A stretch of 63,880 nt of DNA, counting the filler. It is 4 parts of 4 records of this genome, joined end to end, with 100 filler letters (N's around TTAATTAATTAA, not from the genome) between each part and the next. Parts side by side here need not be neighbours in the genome. Positions count along the whole stretch, not along the records: positions 27,085 to 32,204 come from SRR2962707_919; positions 32,305 to 63,880 come from SRR2962707_920; 2 more parts are not named here. The stretch is one strand, 5' to 3'. Position 1 is the stretch's first letter. The number at the start of each line of letters is the position of its first letter. The translations under genes and the position numbers were made by a program. Below, one piece after another: positions 27,903-41,400 of this stretch. The notes beneath the pieces are model-generated. The model did no database searches and was not told the DNA's origin. It saw only the letters and a list, made by a program, of their open reading frames with translations.

Positions 27903-29402
27903 ATGGCTGACGAACAGAACACTCCCAACGGTAGCGCCAACGATAGCGCCGATGAAAACCGTCTGATCGCCGAGCGCCGCGCCAAACTGGCGGCCTGGCG
28001 CGAACAGGGCGCGGCTTTCCCCAATGACTTCCGCCGTGACGCGCTGGCCGCCGATCTGCAGGCCCAATACGGCGAGCTGAGCAAGGAAGAGCTGGAAGAG
28101 CGGGACATCCAGGTGGCGGTGGCCGGCCGTCTGATGCTGGACCGCAAGGCGTTCAAAGTGCTCCAGGACATGTCCGGACGGATCCAGATCTACGCCAGCA
28201 AGGACGTGCAGAAAGACACCAAGCACTGGGACCTGGGCGACATCGTTGGCGTGCGCGGCAAGCTGTGCAAATCCGGCAAGGGCGATCTGTACGTGATGAT
28301 GGACGACTACCGTCTGCTCACCAAGGCGCTGCGGCCGCTGCCGGAAAAACACAAAGGCCTCACCGACACCGAGGCCCGTTATCGTCAGCGCTACGTGGAC
28401 CTGATCGTCAACGACGACAGCCGCCGTGCCTTCCAGATCCGCTCGCAAGTGGTGGCCGGTATCCGCAATTATCTGCTGGCGCAGGGCTTCATCGAAGCGG
28501 AAACACCGATGCTGCAGGTGATCCCCGGTGGCGCCACGGCGCGGCCGTTCATCACCCACCACAACAGCCTGGACCTGGACATGTACCTGCGCATCGCGCC
28601 GGAACTGTACCTCAAGCGGCTGGTGGTGGGCGGCTTCGAGAAAGTGTTCGAGATCAACCGCAACTTCCGTAACGAAGGCCTCTCCACCCGGCATAACCCG
28701 GAATTCACCATGCTGGAGTTCTACCAGGCCTACGCCGGCTACCAGGACCTCATGGACCTCACCGAGGACATGCTGCGCACTCTGGCGCGGGACGTGCTGG
28801 GCACCACCGAGATCCAGTATCAGGGCGAGGTTTATGACTTCGGCAAGCCGTTCGCGCGGCTGTCGGTGTTCGACTCGATCCTCCAGTTCAACCCGGATAT
28901 GGACGCCGCCGAGCTGGCCGACGAGCAGGGCGCCCGCCGTATCGCCGAAGGGCTGGGCATTCCGCTCAAGCCGATCTGGGGCCTGGGCAAGGTGCAGATC
29001 GAGATCTTCGAGAAAACCGTGGAGCACCGGTTGAAGGACCCCACCTTCATCACCGACTACCCCACTGAAGTGTCACCGCTGGCCCGGCGCCGGGATGACA
29101 ACCCGTTCGTCACCGAGCGCTTCGAGTTCTTCGTCGGCGGCCGCGAGATCGCCAATGGCTTCTCCGAGCTCAACGACGCGGAGGACCAGGCCGAGCGCTT
29201 CAAGCAGCAAGTGGTGGAGAAGGAAGCCGGCGACGACGAGGCCATGTTCTTCGACGAGGATTACATCAACGCCCTGGAGCACGGCCTGCCGCCCACCGCC
29301 GGCGAGGGTATCGGCATCGACCGGCTGGTGATGCTGTTCACCGATTCGCCGTCGATCCGGGATGTGATCCTGTTCCCGCACATGCGGCCCCAGGGCCGTT
29401 GA
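27903..29402 (+). CDS. lysS: Lysine--tRNA ligase (class II)
   Basis: [43 protein letters not shown]. Confidence 0.98.
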   Translation: MADEQNTPNGSANDSADENRLIAERRAKLAAWREQGAAFPNDFRRDALAADLQAQYGELSKEELEERDIQVAVAGRLMLDRKAFKVLQDMSGRIQIYASKDVQKDTKHWDLGDIVGVRGKLCKSGKGDLYVMMDDYRLLTKALRPLPEKHKGLTDTEARYRQRYVDLIVNDDSRRAFQIRSQVVAGIRNYLLAQGFIEAETPMLQVIPGGATARPFITHHNSLDLDMYLRIAPELYLKRLVVGGFEKVFEINRNFRNEGLSTRHNPEFTMLEFYQAYAGYQDLMDLTEDMLRTLARDVLGTTEIQYQGEVYDFGKPFARLSVFDSILQFNPDMDAAELADEQGARRIAEGLGIPLKPIWGLGKVQIEIFEKTVEHRLKDPTFITDYPTEVSPLARRRDDNPFVTERFEFFVGGREIANGFSELNDAEDQAERFKQQVVEKEAGDDEAMFFDEDYINALEHGLPPTAGEGIGIDRLVMLFTDSPSIRDVILFPHMRPQGR

Positions 29403-29458
29403 CAGCCAGCGAGCCCGGTGGCTCTGGTCACGAAGCGTTGCAAAGTGAGGCCTTACTA

Positions 29459-29480
29459 AGCTTACACCTGCTGGTAAGCT
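29459..29480. promoter_or_regulatory. Palindrome upstream of TetR gene; candidate operator
   Basis: AGCTTAC-N8-GTAAGCT. Confidence 0.45.
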
Positions 29481-29516
29481 GGAATGGCCATCATTAGCAG
29501 AACAACGAGTCGTCCT

Positions 29517-30185
29517 ATGACCACGACCATTCAATACCAGGGCCGCAAGGCCCGCCGCGCCGGCAGCGAACAGCGCCGGCGCGCCATTCTCGAGGCTGCC
29601 CTGACGATCATCGTCCGCGACGGTATCCGTGCCGTGAGGCACCGGGCCGTGGCGCGCGAGGCCGATGTGCCGCTGTCCGCCACCACTTACTATTTCAAGG
29701 ACATCGGCGATCTGATCGCCGACACCTTCACGCTGTTCGCGGAAAGGGCTCTCAGCGACGTGATCGGGCCGTTCCGGGATCAGGCCTTCGCCCTGATCCG
29801 GCAGCTCGATGGCGCGCCGATCAATAATGCCGCGCAAAGGGACCAGTTGATTGACCAATTGGCGGAGCTGACCACGCGCTTTATCCTTGATGAGCTGCAA
29901 AACCGGCGCGAGCACCTGATCGCCGAGCAGGCGTTCCTGCAGGAAGCGATCCTGGACCAGAGGCTGCGGGAGCTGGCGGACCTTTATTTGCAGCAGCAAA
30001 CGGATATTCTGGTGGAGGCCTGCCGGGCCTTTGGCTCGGACAAGCCGCAATTGGACGCGGAACTGATCCACGGCCAGATCATGGTCATCGAGGTGCGTCT
30101 GCTGGCGCACCCCGAATGGGTGGACGAGTCGTCCCTGCGTAACCGGACACGACATTTATTGGACAGGTTGGTACCCCATGTCTGA
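29517..30185 (+). CDS. TetR-family transcriptional regulator
   Basis: [41 protein letters not shown]; start could be 29484. Confidence 0.93.
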   Translation: MTTTIQYQGRKARRAGSEQRRRAILEAALTIIVRDGIRAVRHRAVAREADVPLSATTYYFKDIGDLIADTFTLFAERALSDVIGPFRDQAFALIRQLDGAPINNAAQRDQLIDQLAELTTRFILDELQNRREHLIAEQAFLQEAILDQRLRELADLYLQQQTDILVEACRAFGSDKPQLDAELIHGQIMVIEVRLLAHPEWVDESSLRNRTRHLLDRLVPHV

Positions 30186-30858
30186 CGCCAAGGCCGCCCT
30201 GGAACCGGGGTGGATGAACGTCCTCGCGGCGGAGTTCGACAAGGATTACATGGTGCGTCTGCGGGCGTTCCTGCGTGAGGAAAAGCAAAAGGGCGAGACC
30301 GTGTTCCCGCCGGGCCCGGACATCTTCCGGGCCTTCAACGATACCCCCTTCGAGGACGTCAAGGTGGTGATCCTGGGCCAGGACCCGTATCACGGGCCGG
30401 GCCAGGCCCACGGCTTGTGCTTCTCGGTGCAGCCGGGCGTGCGGGTGCCGCCGTCGCTGGTCAATATCTTCAAGGAAATCGAACGGGATCTGGGCATTCC
30501 CGCCCCCGATCACGGTAATCTGGAGCCCTGGGCCAAGCAGGGCGTGCTGTTGCTCAACGCGGTGCTCACCGTGCGCGCCGGCCAGGCCGCTTCCCATCAA
30601 AAGCAGGGTTGGGAAGAGTTCACCGATCAGGCCATCGACCACATCAACCGTGAGCGCGAGGGCGTGGTGTTCATGCTGTGGGGCAGCTACGCGCAAAAGA
30701 AAGGGCGCCTGATCGACCGTCAGCGCCACTGCGTGCTGACCGCGCCGCACCCGTCGCCGCTGTCGGCGCACCGCGGCTTTCTCGGGTGCGGCCATTTTTC
30801 CCGCGCCAACCAGTATTTGATTCAACAGGGCAAGACTCCGGTGGATTGGGCCCTTTAA
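30178..30858 (+). CDS. ung: Uracil-DNA glycosylase family 1
   Basis: GQDPYH, PPSL, LLLN, HPSPLS motifs. Confidence 0.98.
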   Translation: MSDAKAALEPGWMNVLAAEFDKDYMVRLRAFLREEKQKGETVFPPGPDIFRAFNDTPFEDVKVVILGQDPYHGPGQAHGLCFSVQPGVRVPPSLVNIFKEIERDLGIPAPDHGNLEPWAKQGVLLLNAVLTVRAGQAASHQKQGWEEFTDQAIDHINREREGVVFMLWGSYAQKKGRLIDRQRHCVLTAPHPSPLSAHRGFLGCGHFSRANQYLIQQGKTPVDWAL

Positions 30859-30974
30859 CGGCTTTTTGCAACACCCGGGTGCTTTCCGTGGTTTGATACT
30901 TGCTATAGCGATTGTTTCTCCAATCGATTCTTTTTCGATCGGGATTTCTATCGGAAAAAGGAGCCCGTGCCGGC

Positions 30975-32087
30975 ATGACCGACACCGTTCTGTTTCAGGA
31001 ATTGCCCACCGCCTCCGGCCATGTGATTGGCCGCGCCACCCTTAACGCTCCCGCCGCCCTCAATGCGCTCAGTCTGGACATGATCGAGTCACTGAGTCGG
31101 CGGCTGGACGACTGGCAAGACCGTGACGACATCGTCGCGATCTGGCTGGAAGGCGCTGGTGACAAAGCGTTTTGCGCCGGCGGTGATGTGGTGGCCCTGC
31201 ATCGGGCCATGGTGCGCCACGCGGGCAAGGACCGGAATCCGGAAGTGGAGGCGTACTTCGCCGCCGAATACCGCCTCGACCACCGTCTGCACCGCTCGCC
31301 GGTACCGGTGATCTGCTGGGCCGACGGCCTGGTGCTCGGTGGTGGCATGGGCCTGATGCAAGGCAGCACCTTCCGGCTGGTGACGGCAAACAGCCGGCTC
31401 GGTATGCCGGAAATCAACATCGGTCTGTACCCGGACGTGGGCGCCAGCTGGTTTCTCAATCGCCTGCCGGGCCGTACCGGTTTGTTCCTGGGGCTCACCG
31501 GTGTTCATTTCGATGCCCGCGATGCTTTGAATCTGGGGCTGGCGGATCGCTGCCTGGACCAGGACGCGGAGCACCTGCTGGATGACCTCGGCGGCCAGAG
31601 CTTCACTGGCGAGCGCGCCGCCGACCATGCCCTGCTGTTTCGTTTCTTCCGCGATGCCGCCCACTATCCGTTGCAGCTGGACGGCGCCGTCAGTGCCCGC
31701 CGTAATCTTATCGACAACTGGTGCGACGGCGCCGACCTGCCGGAAGTGGTGGACACTCTGCTGGCGGCGAAGGAATGCGACAGCTGGCTCGACAAGGCCC
31801 GCGCCAACCTCACCGGCGGCTGTCCGCAAACCGCTTTCCTGGTGTGGGAGCAACTGCGCCGGGCGCGTTATCTGTCACTTGAGGATGTGTTCCGCATGGA
31901 ATGGACGCTGTCGGTGCAATGCGCGCTGCACGCGGATTTTCGCGAAGGCGTGCGGGCGTTGTTGATCGACAAGGACGGCAAGCCGCGCTTCCGCCACCGC
32001 AGTGTGCATGAGGTGCCGCCGGGGTACATCGACACTTTCTTCGAAAACCCGGCGCCGCGGCATCCGCTGGCGGATTTGGGATCCTAG
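30975..32087 (+). CDS. Enoyl-CoA hydratase/isomerase family, 3-hydroxyisobutyryl-CoA hydrolase-like
   Basis: KAFCAGGDV, GLVLGGGMGL, MPEINIGLYPDVG, DFREGVRALLIDKD. Confidence 0.92.
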   Translation: MTDTVLFQELPTASGHVIGRATLNAPAALNALSLDMIESLSRRLDDWQDRDDIVAIWLEGAGDKAFCAGGDVVALHRAMVRHAGKDRNPEVEAYFAAEYRLDHRLHRSPVPVICWADGLVLGGGMGLMQGSTFRLVTANSRLGMPEINIGLYPDVGASWFLNRLPGRTGLFLGLTGVHFDARDALNLGLADRCLDQDAEHLLDDLGGQSFTGERAADHALLFRFFRDAAHYPLQLDGAVSARRNLIDNWCDGADLPEVVDTLLAAKECDSWLDKARANLTGGCPQTAFLVWEQLRRARYLSLEDVFRMEWTLSVQCALHADFREGVRALLIDKDGKPRFRHRSVHEVPPGYIDTFFENPAPRHPLADLGS

Positions 32088-32183
32088 CGGAAAAAAACAC
32101 GATTCGTGGGCACGCCTACACGCAACACGCCGGCACGCTATATCCAAAGCCTGCTGACTGGTTTTGGAGAAGACGGGCCGGGA

Positions 32184-32204
32184 TTCGCCAGCAGGCTGGC
32201 TCCC
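32184..32204 (-). repeat. REP-like palindromic repeat at contig end
   Basis: Minus strand GGGAGCCAGCCTGCTGGCGAA resembles GTAG/GTGG-class gammaproteobacterial REPs; only one copy is visible. Confidence 0.65.
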
Positions 32205-32304
32205 NNNNNNNNNNNNNNNNNNNNNNNNNNNNNNNNNNNNNNNNNNNNTTAATTAATTAANNNNNNNNNNNNNNNNNNNNNNNNNNNNNNNNNNNNNNNN
32301 NNNN
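32205..32304. other. Artificial contig linker
   Basis: N44-TTAATTAATTAA-N44. Confidence 0.99.
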
Positions 32305-32328
32305 ACAACAACAACAACAACAACAACA
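32305..32328. repeat. (ACA)8 microsatellite at contig start
   Basis: Direct reading. Confidence 0.95.
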
Positions 32329-32475
32329 GGAAAATCTTTGTTTTTTTTCTTTTGTGTGTGTGAGCTTGGGGCGCAAGAGTAGAGATCGTGACAAAGCAAG
32401 TGTCCCCTGCAACTTCTGTTTGTCTGTCCATCTCTCCGTCCATCATACTTGGACACCGTATCGGTTATTTCCATC

Positions 32476-35400
32476 ATGGCTTTCCACCAGCGTGGCGGTG
32501 GGGGCAACGCGCACGCTGCCCTGGGGGTCAACAACGCGCCTTTCAACGGCTATGTGCCCAGGCGTGAGGGTATCGTGAACCCAGCCTTGTTCGCCTGTTA
32601 CCTTGACCGGAAGTTTCTCGAAGCTGGTGAGGTCGTGGCTGTTGTCGGAAGTTGCGAAGCGCTCCATGGCTGGGACTTTGGCGTTGAGTTGGAGCAAGAC
32701 CCGGCCAATCCCAACCTGTGGATGCGTAAAGTGGTGATGCCTTTTGACAAGAACGAGCGCTGCTACTCTGGTATTTTCCAGTTCCAGTTCGCGATTCGTA
32801 GTGCGAACGGAACCCAAATCTGGCACGAGGGAGGAGACCGCCGAACTGTTCATCGCATGGTGCCCTCGTTCTTTGGGTCGTTTCGCTATACCAAACGGGT
32901 CGCCCGTTTTGCATCCACAGGCGTAACACCTCCTAGCAATTTCACTGTTGCCAGAGAGTTTTTGTTGCAAGCCCTCAACGCATACGAGGACAATCCTGAG
33001 GTTTTCAGTGCGCGTGACGTACTTGAGCAGTACAGTGGAGTGGACAGGGCGTTTGAGCCCACGCCCCAAGTGGCAATTGCCGCCACAGACGACCACATCG
33101 CGGCAGTGGCTGGCGTTCGTGGTGGTTGCTCGGACGTTGCTATCTTGCTGGGAACTGCCATGGTGGGCAGCGCTGCCGAGAGTACAGCTTCACGCGAGCA
33201 AGCAGATGCTGCCGCTCTGGCATCGGAACTTGAAGATGCAGGGATGTCCATGGCCGAGCAAATTGAGATGCGCGAGGAACAGCTTGCGATTGCCGCGGTT
33301 GCTCGGGCTGAAGAGCGCCGCCGTGGAACACGCGGGGACAAGAGCGCTACTGTCCCAGCCCCCTTGGAACAGGAACCGGTGACTCCATGGTGCATCCGGG
33401 CGCTTCGGTCTGCGATCGAGGCCCGCGATGGATGGGAGAACGTTCTTGAGGAGTTGCTTCCACCGCGCCCAGACATTCCTGAAGATGGAGGAGTGGGAGT
33501 CCTGCTTGAGGAGCAAATGGAACTTTTGATGCGTGGTTCCCGCGACGCCAAGCCCCACTGGTGTGAAAGTGCCGTTGGGAATGGATTGCGACTGGCTATT
33601 GCGCGCGTGGGTCATGAAAACGGCCAAGATTATCGATGGCTCACCTCTTCTCCTTTGCTGAACCGATCGCGGCTTGTGAGCGGAGGTGGCCACCAAAGCA
33701 CGGTCCCAGAGCCAAAAGAGCGATTTTCCACGTCCACGGATATTACAGATGCATTCCTCAAAGCGACCAATGAGGTGTTTAATCGAATTGATCTTCACCG
33801 TGAAAAACTGTTGGCGCAGCCGCCAATCACATTTGGCGACTTTGGCATGGGAGGTGGTGGCGCCGGTGCTGGAAATCTCGTCGCTGCAATGCGAGCTATG
33901 GGAGGCGCGGGCGGCGCTCACCTTTTGCGCCCAGTTGAAACTTGGATGAGCACCGAGGGAGCTGGGCCACGCGGACAGGGGAAGTCAGATTCGGTTGTGA
34001 TGCTGGAGTATCTTTTTCGATACGCACCAAACTTCCAAGTCGTGTACGAACTTCTTCGACGGTGCTACTACCACAAATATGGTAAAGAGGGATTGTTCAA
34101 CCATGCTCTTACCGGTGCAGCTCGGTGGATCGGGTCTTTCCCATGGTCCACGACCTCTGAAGTGAAAGAGCTCACTGACACGCTTCGCGATCGAATCCCT
34201 CCCTTGCGCACGCCGGCCGTGGCCGCGAGTGTCTTGCGCAAAGAATGCATTGATGGAATGTGCGCATCCTCTGAGGGGCTGCAGGAAGTCCTCCGCCTCA
34301 TTCATACATGTGTCGGCGACCAGCCAGCTGCTTATGGGGGCCCAGCAATTGCAGCCACTCGCGGCTGGTTCAAGCGCCGCCATGGTGGACCCGCTGATGG
34401 TGGCCAGGGCCAAGACGCAATGTTGCCTCGCATCCTCGCGGCACTGCATGAACTCAATTCACTGCTGACTATTCCTTGCTTCGCGCGAGACCCACACGTG
34501 CTGGCGGATGAACTTGAGTTTCTAAAGACTGCCGGGGATCGGCGACACACGATTGAACTCCTGGCTCAGATTGCCAAACATTACGGCGACATGCCTCCAT
34601 CAATCACCACACCCGTGCTTTGCCGCCTGCTCAAGAATAAAGCATCCACGACAATCGCAGACTACTTCAACAGTGATAGAAGTGCTGTTCGTGCTCGCTG
34701 GATTGTGGAAGTCCTAACCAGTGCCATTCCTGCCACACCGTCAACGACCACACCTGGCGTTTGCTTCACCCCAACCGTCCTTGGTAACTTTCTGAGCCTT
34801 ATCTTCAGCCGCGCTGTTCAACGCAATCGAACTTTGGTGCCCCATGAGTGCGTATGCCGTGTTTACGAGTGAGAACCACTCATTGTTCAAGTTGCACACT
34901 GTCGTAATCACGTCCAAAGTTTCTGCTACTAGGACATGATTTTTGGCGATGCTGCCTTTGTGTTTTCGCTGACAGGTACTTTGTTGGCGCCGACGACCTT
35001 CCTTCAGTTTTAGGATTCCATTCCGCACTCGCTGCAGGCCTTTCCTGGGCCACTTCAGCCAGCAATGTAGATGCAGTTCGAGGCACTGCCCTTGATAGCC
35101 TGCTTGCTAAGTGCCTTGCTGCTATTCGGCAGTTGGCTCACGAGCTGCACAGCCGCAAAATATTCCTCGGAAGCCTTCGCGCTGTACTGCGACAGCCCAT
35201 GGAGACGCTGGCTCTTGTCGATGCAGCGTCGCCAACAGACCTGGTGTCTCAAGGCATGCTGGAGGAATATCGCGAAACGCTTGTGAACTTTGACTTTGAG
35301 CTAGAGGCAGTGCAATACTTTTTGACAAGTTACTGCAATGACGGCGACCGCACAGTGTAAGTTGTAGGCAGGATCCACCGCCGCAAATCATTTCCTCCGA

Positions 35401-38400
35401 TCAAAGAATACTAACGTTTGTGTCAGGTTGTCTCGCTTGTGGATTTGTGTAAACTCACATTGCGACGTGATATCACCTTCGGTAGGTACCGCGTTCCCAC
35501 CAACGTGTCCCGCCTCAAAGATGCCGTGGACGAAGTCGCTGGGACCTTGTCTCACGATGGTTATCAGCTCCTCGATATTCATGGGGGCGCCACGATTGCA
35601 GCCGTGGCTGAAGTGTTGGCTCGATTTGGGGCCGTTCCAAAGCTGCACACACTTCGCAATTCGGAAATATTTCGTGAGCTCTGGCAGGCCAGCGGCGAGG
35701 ATGTGAGGCGCTGGCCTGCACCTCCGGCTGAGTTGTTGAACCGTGCCCCTGCAGTTCAGGAGAAGATTCTTGCCGCAATCCCGCCGCCTGGCAATAAAGC
35801 TGCTGTGGACTATTTCGCCAATCCGAAACATCACGCCTCAACGGACAAAACCGCAGGGGCATCACCCGGTCACTGGTGGCGCAAGGCCAATGTTGCAGAT
35901 GGCAAAGCCGGCCAAAAGAGATTGGAGAACTTGCCGCTGAATCTTTCGGCAAAAGAGCTGTCATGGCTGGACTGCGTGAGCGCGTTAGCACAGGAGGCGG
36001 ACGACACGTGGACACGCGGGCCTTCCAACGGTGGTTTCTTGTCTCCCGCTGGGCGCACCATCCTAAAAGTTCACGGCTTTCAGCCCACTTTCGCTGGGGC
36101 ACATCGGCCACTTCACGCGCTGCATGTTCAGTATCTGTGGCTGCCACTAGTTCTGAGACGCTGGGCCACGCTGCAAAAAGCGCTTTTCGATCGCTCTGCT
36201 TGTATCGACTCCCTTGAGATCACATTTGGCCAGCTACGAACGGGTGATTTGCGAGCCAGCTGTGTGCGCGAGCTTACTTGGATTCTGGGCCTTGGTGACG
36301 AGAGCCAAGTCGACCCCGCCATCAAGCGTGGTGTCTCAGACTTTGTGCGTCTGAAACAGCTGCGGCCGCAACTTTCCTCTCTTGTGAACCTCTTCAAGTC
36401 GTTGTCCAAAGCTGATGGGTCCGCTTCAACAGAGAACGATGACCGAAGTGAGGCTATTGACAACGATCTGCTCTCACTTCCCCCAGGGGCAGATAAGACT
36501 GTTGAAATGCTTTGTGCTGCGGATAACAAGTTGTCCTTGGAGTGGACACCAGAATTCTCGCCGGTGCACACACTGCAGACAATTGGGTCTTTGCTTGACC
36601 CCGTTCGTGGCGTTGCTGAGGCACTGAGTCCATCGCAAAGTGAATTTCTTGCACTTCTTGGCGAAAACCCTGTGCTCGTTCTCTGGCTACGCCGGTACGC
36701 TTCATGATAGTTGTATTGTTGTCTCCGCCGTGTGGCCACTGTAGACTGTCAAAGTACTCGTCCTTGATTGTCCACCCCAACTTTACCCTTGTGCAGATAC
36801 CGAGATCAGGACGAGTTTGACAACAAACTTCAAGTGGCACGAGGGCTTGGCTCGATCACAGAGCCAGAGCTTATTTCTGCCATTGAGTCGCTGAAGCGAG
36901 TTCGCGTGGCATTGCGGAGCATCCTCTACGTGGATCCCGACCATCGGCACACTTCGTTCCTGCAGTTTTTGCAACGTTTCGCTGAGAACGTGGCAATGAG
37001 TGCACACAGTCTTGGGGATATGAAGAGCCTTGGCGTAGTTGGCGAGCGGCTCCTCGAGGTTCTCGATAAGCAGACGAAAGGCGCGGGGGTGCGAAACTGT
37101 TACGAGCTGGTGGACATTCATGTGAAGGGCAAGTTTGCTCTCGTTGCATCACAGATCAAGGACGATGTGCTTTTGTTGCGCGTGGCTGGAGCCCCGGACC
37201 GCAAACTTGCGTAAGACACGCCCGCTTCGTGTATGCACGCGGTGTGAAAGTTATTCGTATTTGCCGGATCGTGCTCCGTTTCACAACAATGTCACCTCAC
37301 CGTCGTGGTTTTTTGCACGAAATTGGATGCTGCAACGTTTACCTTAGATACCTGCAAGATTTGCGAGCGAAGTTGATGATGACCGAGATCTCTGCAGAAC
37401 TGGACAGCGAGACCGCGACTGAGCCGAACGCAAAAGCTGGTGTGAAGGCGCTCCTGGAAGCCTTTGCCTCCCAGCTCGAAGTGCTGGAGCGAATTCGGGA
37501 CCAGATTCACGCACTGTGCTGCGCTGGCCACTACACGTGCGTGTCACTGCGTTACTTCGACTACCTGTGCCGATTTTTTCGTCTTCGCAACGTTGCATGA
37601 TGCGTGTGATTGCTTTCGTCGGCGAACTGTCAGGTACCAAGCTGGACATGAGCAGACTTTCGACTTTCGTGACGTTTCTGCGGAGGCGTTGAAACGCCTG
37701 GAGGAAACCTACGCTGAAAATGAGCTTGAACTGGTCCACTGGAATGATGTCGTGGACAAAGCTCGGGAATCCTGTTTCTTTCTCAACTACTTCACCATGC
37801 AGGAGTTGTGGGCCCTTCGGGCTCGCATAATTGCTGTATTTGAGACTGCGAAAGAAGCTGCAGATGCCATGGCCAAATCCTCAGCCGACCCCTCTGCAAA
37901 GAAGCTGAAAGACAAAGCAGACCGTCGCCGTGCGAAAAAGGCTCAAGCAATTGCAGACGTCAAGACAATGTTTCACTTGGTTGTGTCTTCGTCGGAGGTG
38001 GTGGAGGTTGCAGTGAACTGCATGACGAGTGACGCGGCACAGACCGTGACATCGGAAGTGTGTGGACCAGTCGACCCATCTTCCCCAGGCCATATTCTTT
38101 TGGCGATCGGCAACCTGCTTGAACTGTGTTTCCCTGGGGCGAAGGCGGCAAGTTCCCACCGAAAGCTATCCAAGCTGGATCAGTCGGTGGAGAACGCATC
38201 TGATATGCTTGTGTCCCTCCGCGACGTCTCGAGTGGAACCGGGAGCGGCGGGAGTTCGAAGAACGTTTCCGAAGTTTCTGCCTCAGCCGTTGGCAGTTCC
38301 TCCGAAGAACATCCGATTTGGATATCAACTGCACCCGACCCCGAGCAACCTGGGATGACGTTGGACATGGTCCTGAGTGTGTTCGTTCGGCGTGGACGGC

Positions 38401-41400
38401 TTCCGGAACCAGGCGAGATTGTCTTTTGTGAACCAAGCACAACAACCGAAGAGCTTAAGCTGCTCTTGAGGCGCTTCATCAGCGCCGGTGCCAACCATCG
38501 TCGTGACTTTATTTTCTGCCTTGTGAACGTGGACAAGCTTCCTTACACTGAACAAGTGACCCTTGGCAAGATGATGAAGCACTTCCTTGACACTTACGGA
38601 ACTGCAAACGCCAGCGGTCTGTTGATATTGTCCGGTCAACCAGATCAGCACATCGTCAATGCTTGGTCCGCTTACCGTGTTGCTGCCTCACCTCTTCGCG
38701 CTGAGATTCTTCAACAGAAATGCGCGGAAGCTTTCGAGGACCGTCGTGAAGGACGAGGGGGGTCATTGTTGCGGTGCGTGCGCAGCACCATCAACGGCGG
38801 AGGCAAGACTCACTTTGTCCTGTCGGCTGCTGCCGCAGCCCAAACATCTGCAACCGCAGCTGGGACTGGCGAAGTGAAATACTTCCGGTTTGGGTACCGC
38901 GAGAATACCACTGCAGGGCTGCTCGTCCAGAAGCTTACGTCAAAGTTGAAATTCTCTCACACATCACAATCCACTGTCGATTCAAAACCTCATTCTCACT
39001 TTGTTCACCTTGACGTTGGGCATGTTGTTCCCCGCACAACGAACACCGTGCTTTTCCAGCTTTTTTTTGTGGGTGTCATTAGTGATCAGGCAAGCGGCCA
39101 AATTTACCACCGCGACTCCAGTGATACGTTCGTTTGATGCCGTCTTGTTGCTGGCTTCTTGGCAGACATACTGCTGATCTTGCTGAAAGTGATGATCATG
39201 AATGCCCTTTGCCACTTTCGATGCGGCGTAGGTATATGGTAGAGATGGCCAACTCACCGGCTGTATTCGAGCTGCTGCGAATATGCCGGTTCTTGCCCGG
39301 CTTCGAAGCGCCTCTGACGATCGGCCCTGACTTTCTGCGATTTCAGCGGCCAAGACTTTCAGGCAAAATTACGTCCGTATTTCTGCTTATTCCTGCAACT
39401 CTCCAATACCTTTGCGGTTGGAAGCAGAAAAACTGATCATGTGCGCATGCTTTTGCTTCGTTGTGATCAATCCCAGTTACAACCGTCGGGGCCAGCGCCG
39501 CGGCGAAATGGTATCGGTAGACATCGAAAGCAATGACCTGTTACGCCACGTATGCCGCGTCCTGAAGGCATTGGATCAAGGGTCGTTTCGGCAGGGTGAG
39601 CCTTCGTTTGTGGAGAAGCTGAACTTCAACGACATTCCCGTTGAGCCTTCTGAATGTTTTTCGTTGATTTGCAAACACTGTGGTCTTGCTCCTCCCGGAA
39701 GCGTGACCCCCAGTGACATTGAAGAGAAGAGCAATGCAGATGATGAACCTGATGCACTCCGGCAGCCTGGTACTGGAAACGGGCAGCACAGCAACGCTGC
39801 TGCTATTGGTGGTGCGCCGGCAGACAACCCGCAGGACGAGTTGGATGCCGCGTCATGGACGGTTGTCTCGAATTTTGTCAACTACATTGGAGCTCAGTTT
39901 CGTGGACTAGAAGGCCACCGTGGCTGGTGCACATTCCCTGGTCTGGTTAACACATGCGGTGTCACTACTCTTCGTCTCTTCCGACACCAATTTTTGCTCT
40001 TGCTGCTCGAAACGACTCGCGATTTCGCAAAGCGGGCGGTGCCGCGCGGGCGCCAATTTCTTGGTGGCACAAGTGGTGCAGGAGCTGTGCCGAGTTTGTC
40101 ACGGCAGTTAAGTCTACACCGGCAAATGTCATCGTCATCCACGTCTTCACTTGGACCGCGGCGCCAGTTGAGCCGTCAATCAAGTGCGTCTGATCGTGCA
40201 CGTGTCGCATCAACTGTAGCCGCTGCTCGTGAACGTGCAGAACAGGAAGCTATTGAGAACGCCGTGCTGTCCTGCGCCATCGCTGGCTTTGAGAAAATGA
40301 AGAACTGGGAGGACACCGACCACCCGATTGCTGTCTTATACCCAGTTCTGGGTGATAAATCCCGAACACAAAACTTCACTCTATTTGCTCTCAACCGCGC
40401 TCATACCGCGCGGTTCATCCCGAAAGAGATGGCTGATGCCGTGCAACAACAATTGCAGATCGATCTGTCCAAAGATTGGTCGAAAATTACAGACGCTGAA
40501 GGCCGTCGTACGATCTCACGATTAGCGGGGATCATTGGCATTCAAGACCTGAAAGAAGGTGGCAAAGAGCTACGGCGTCTGTACGACAAACAAGAAGCCG
40601 TGTGCTTAACATGTTTGGTCGAAAAGGCCGATCAAGCGCCACCTGGCTACGTCATGACTGTGGACAATATGGCCAAAATGCTGAGTATCTATAACCGCAT
40701 GATCACTCACCTGCCTGTTATCATTATGGGTGAGACTGGATGCGGAAAATCAAGCCTAATCCGTCAAATGTGTGCCCTCATCAAAGCTCCGCTTCGTACG
40801 CTCAACATTCATGGCGGCATGGGCGATCGGCAAATCATTGACTGGATGTGGGCTCAATTTAAGGAGTACGTCGAAAGGCTGTGTCCTTTTATTTCCGTGT
40901 TTTCAGTCATTGCGTGTGTATGTGACCGCTGAAGTCTTGTGGTTGTGTCATTGTTAATATCCAGGTTTCGTCAAGCCGACATTGAGGAAAACGGAGGGCG
41001 CTTTATCGTATTTTTGGATGAAGTCAACACTTGCAACAGCATGGCCCTGTTCAAGGAGATTCTGTGTGACCGCATGCTTGAGGGTATGGCTTTGCCCGAG
41101 TCTTTTATCGTTGTTGCGGCGTGTAATCCCTACCGACGCCGGAAGCAGACAATTGATGCCAATAAGCACCTGGAAGCTGGCCTAAAGTACCAACCTGCGG
41201 CTGCTGGCACTGGGGAGGCCGAAGCGGGCGTCGCTGCGGTCGAAGAAATTGACATGAAAGACTTAGTTTACCGTGTGTTCCCGCTTCCTGAATCGATGAT
41301 GGACCATGTGTACGACTTCGGTGCCTTGGATGCGACCACGGAGCAACTTTACATCGAACCAAAAATTTCGAAGCATCTGAAACACCGGCCACGAGTTAAG

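Noticed and set aside
27029-30825. Long antisense ORFs opposite prfB, lysS, tetR and ung
   Set aside because: Shadow ORFs caused by high-GC codon bias; no motifs.
9066-32304. TTAATTAATTAA repeated three times and ORFs running into the N blocks
   Set aside because: Artificial linkers; adjacency of the four contigs has no biological meaning, so there is no evidence for bacteria-eukaryote transfer or for the satellite's host being contig 1 or 3.
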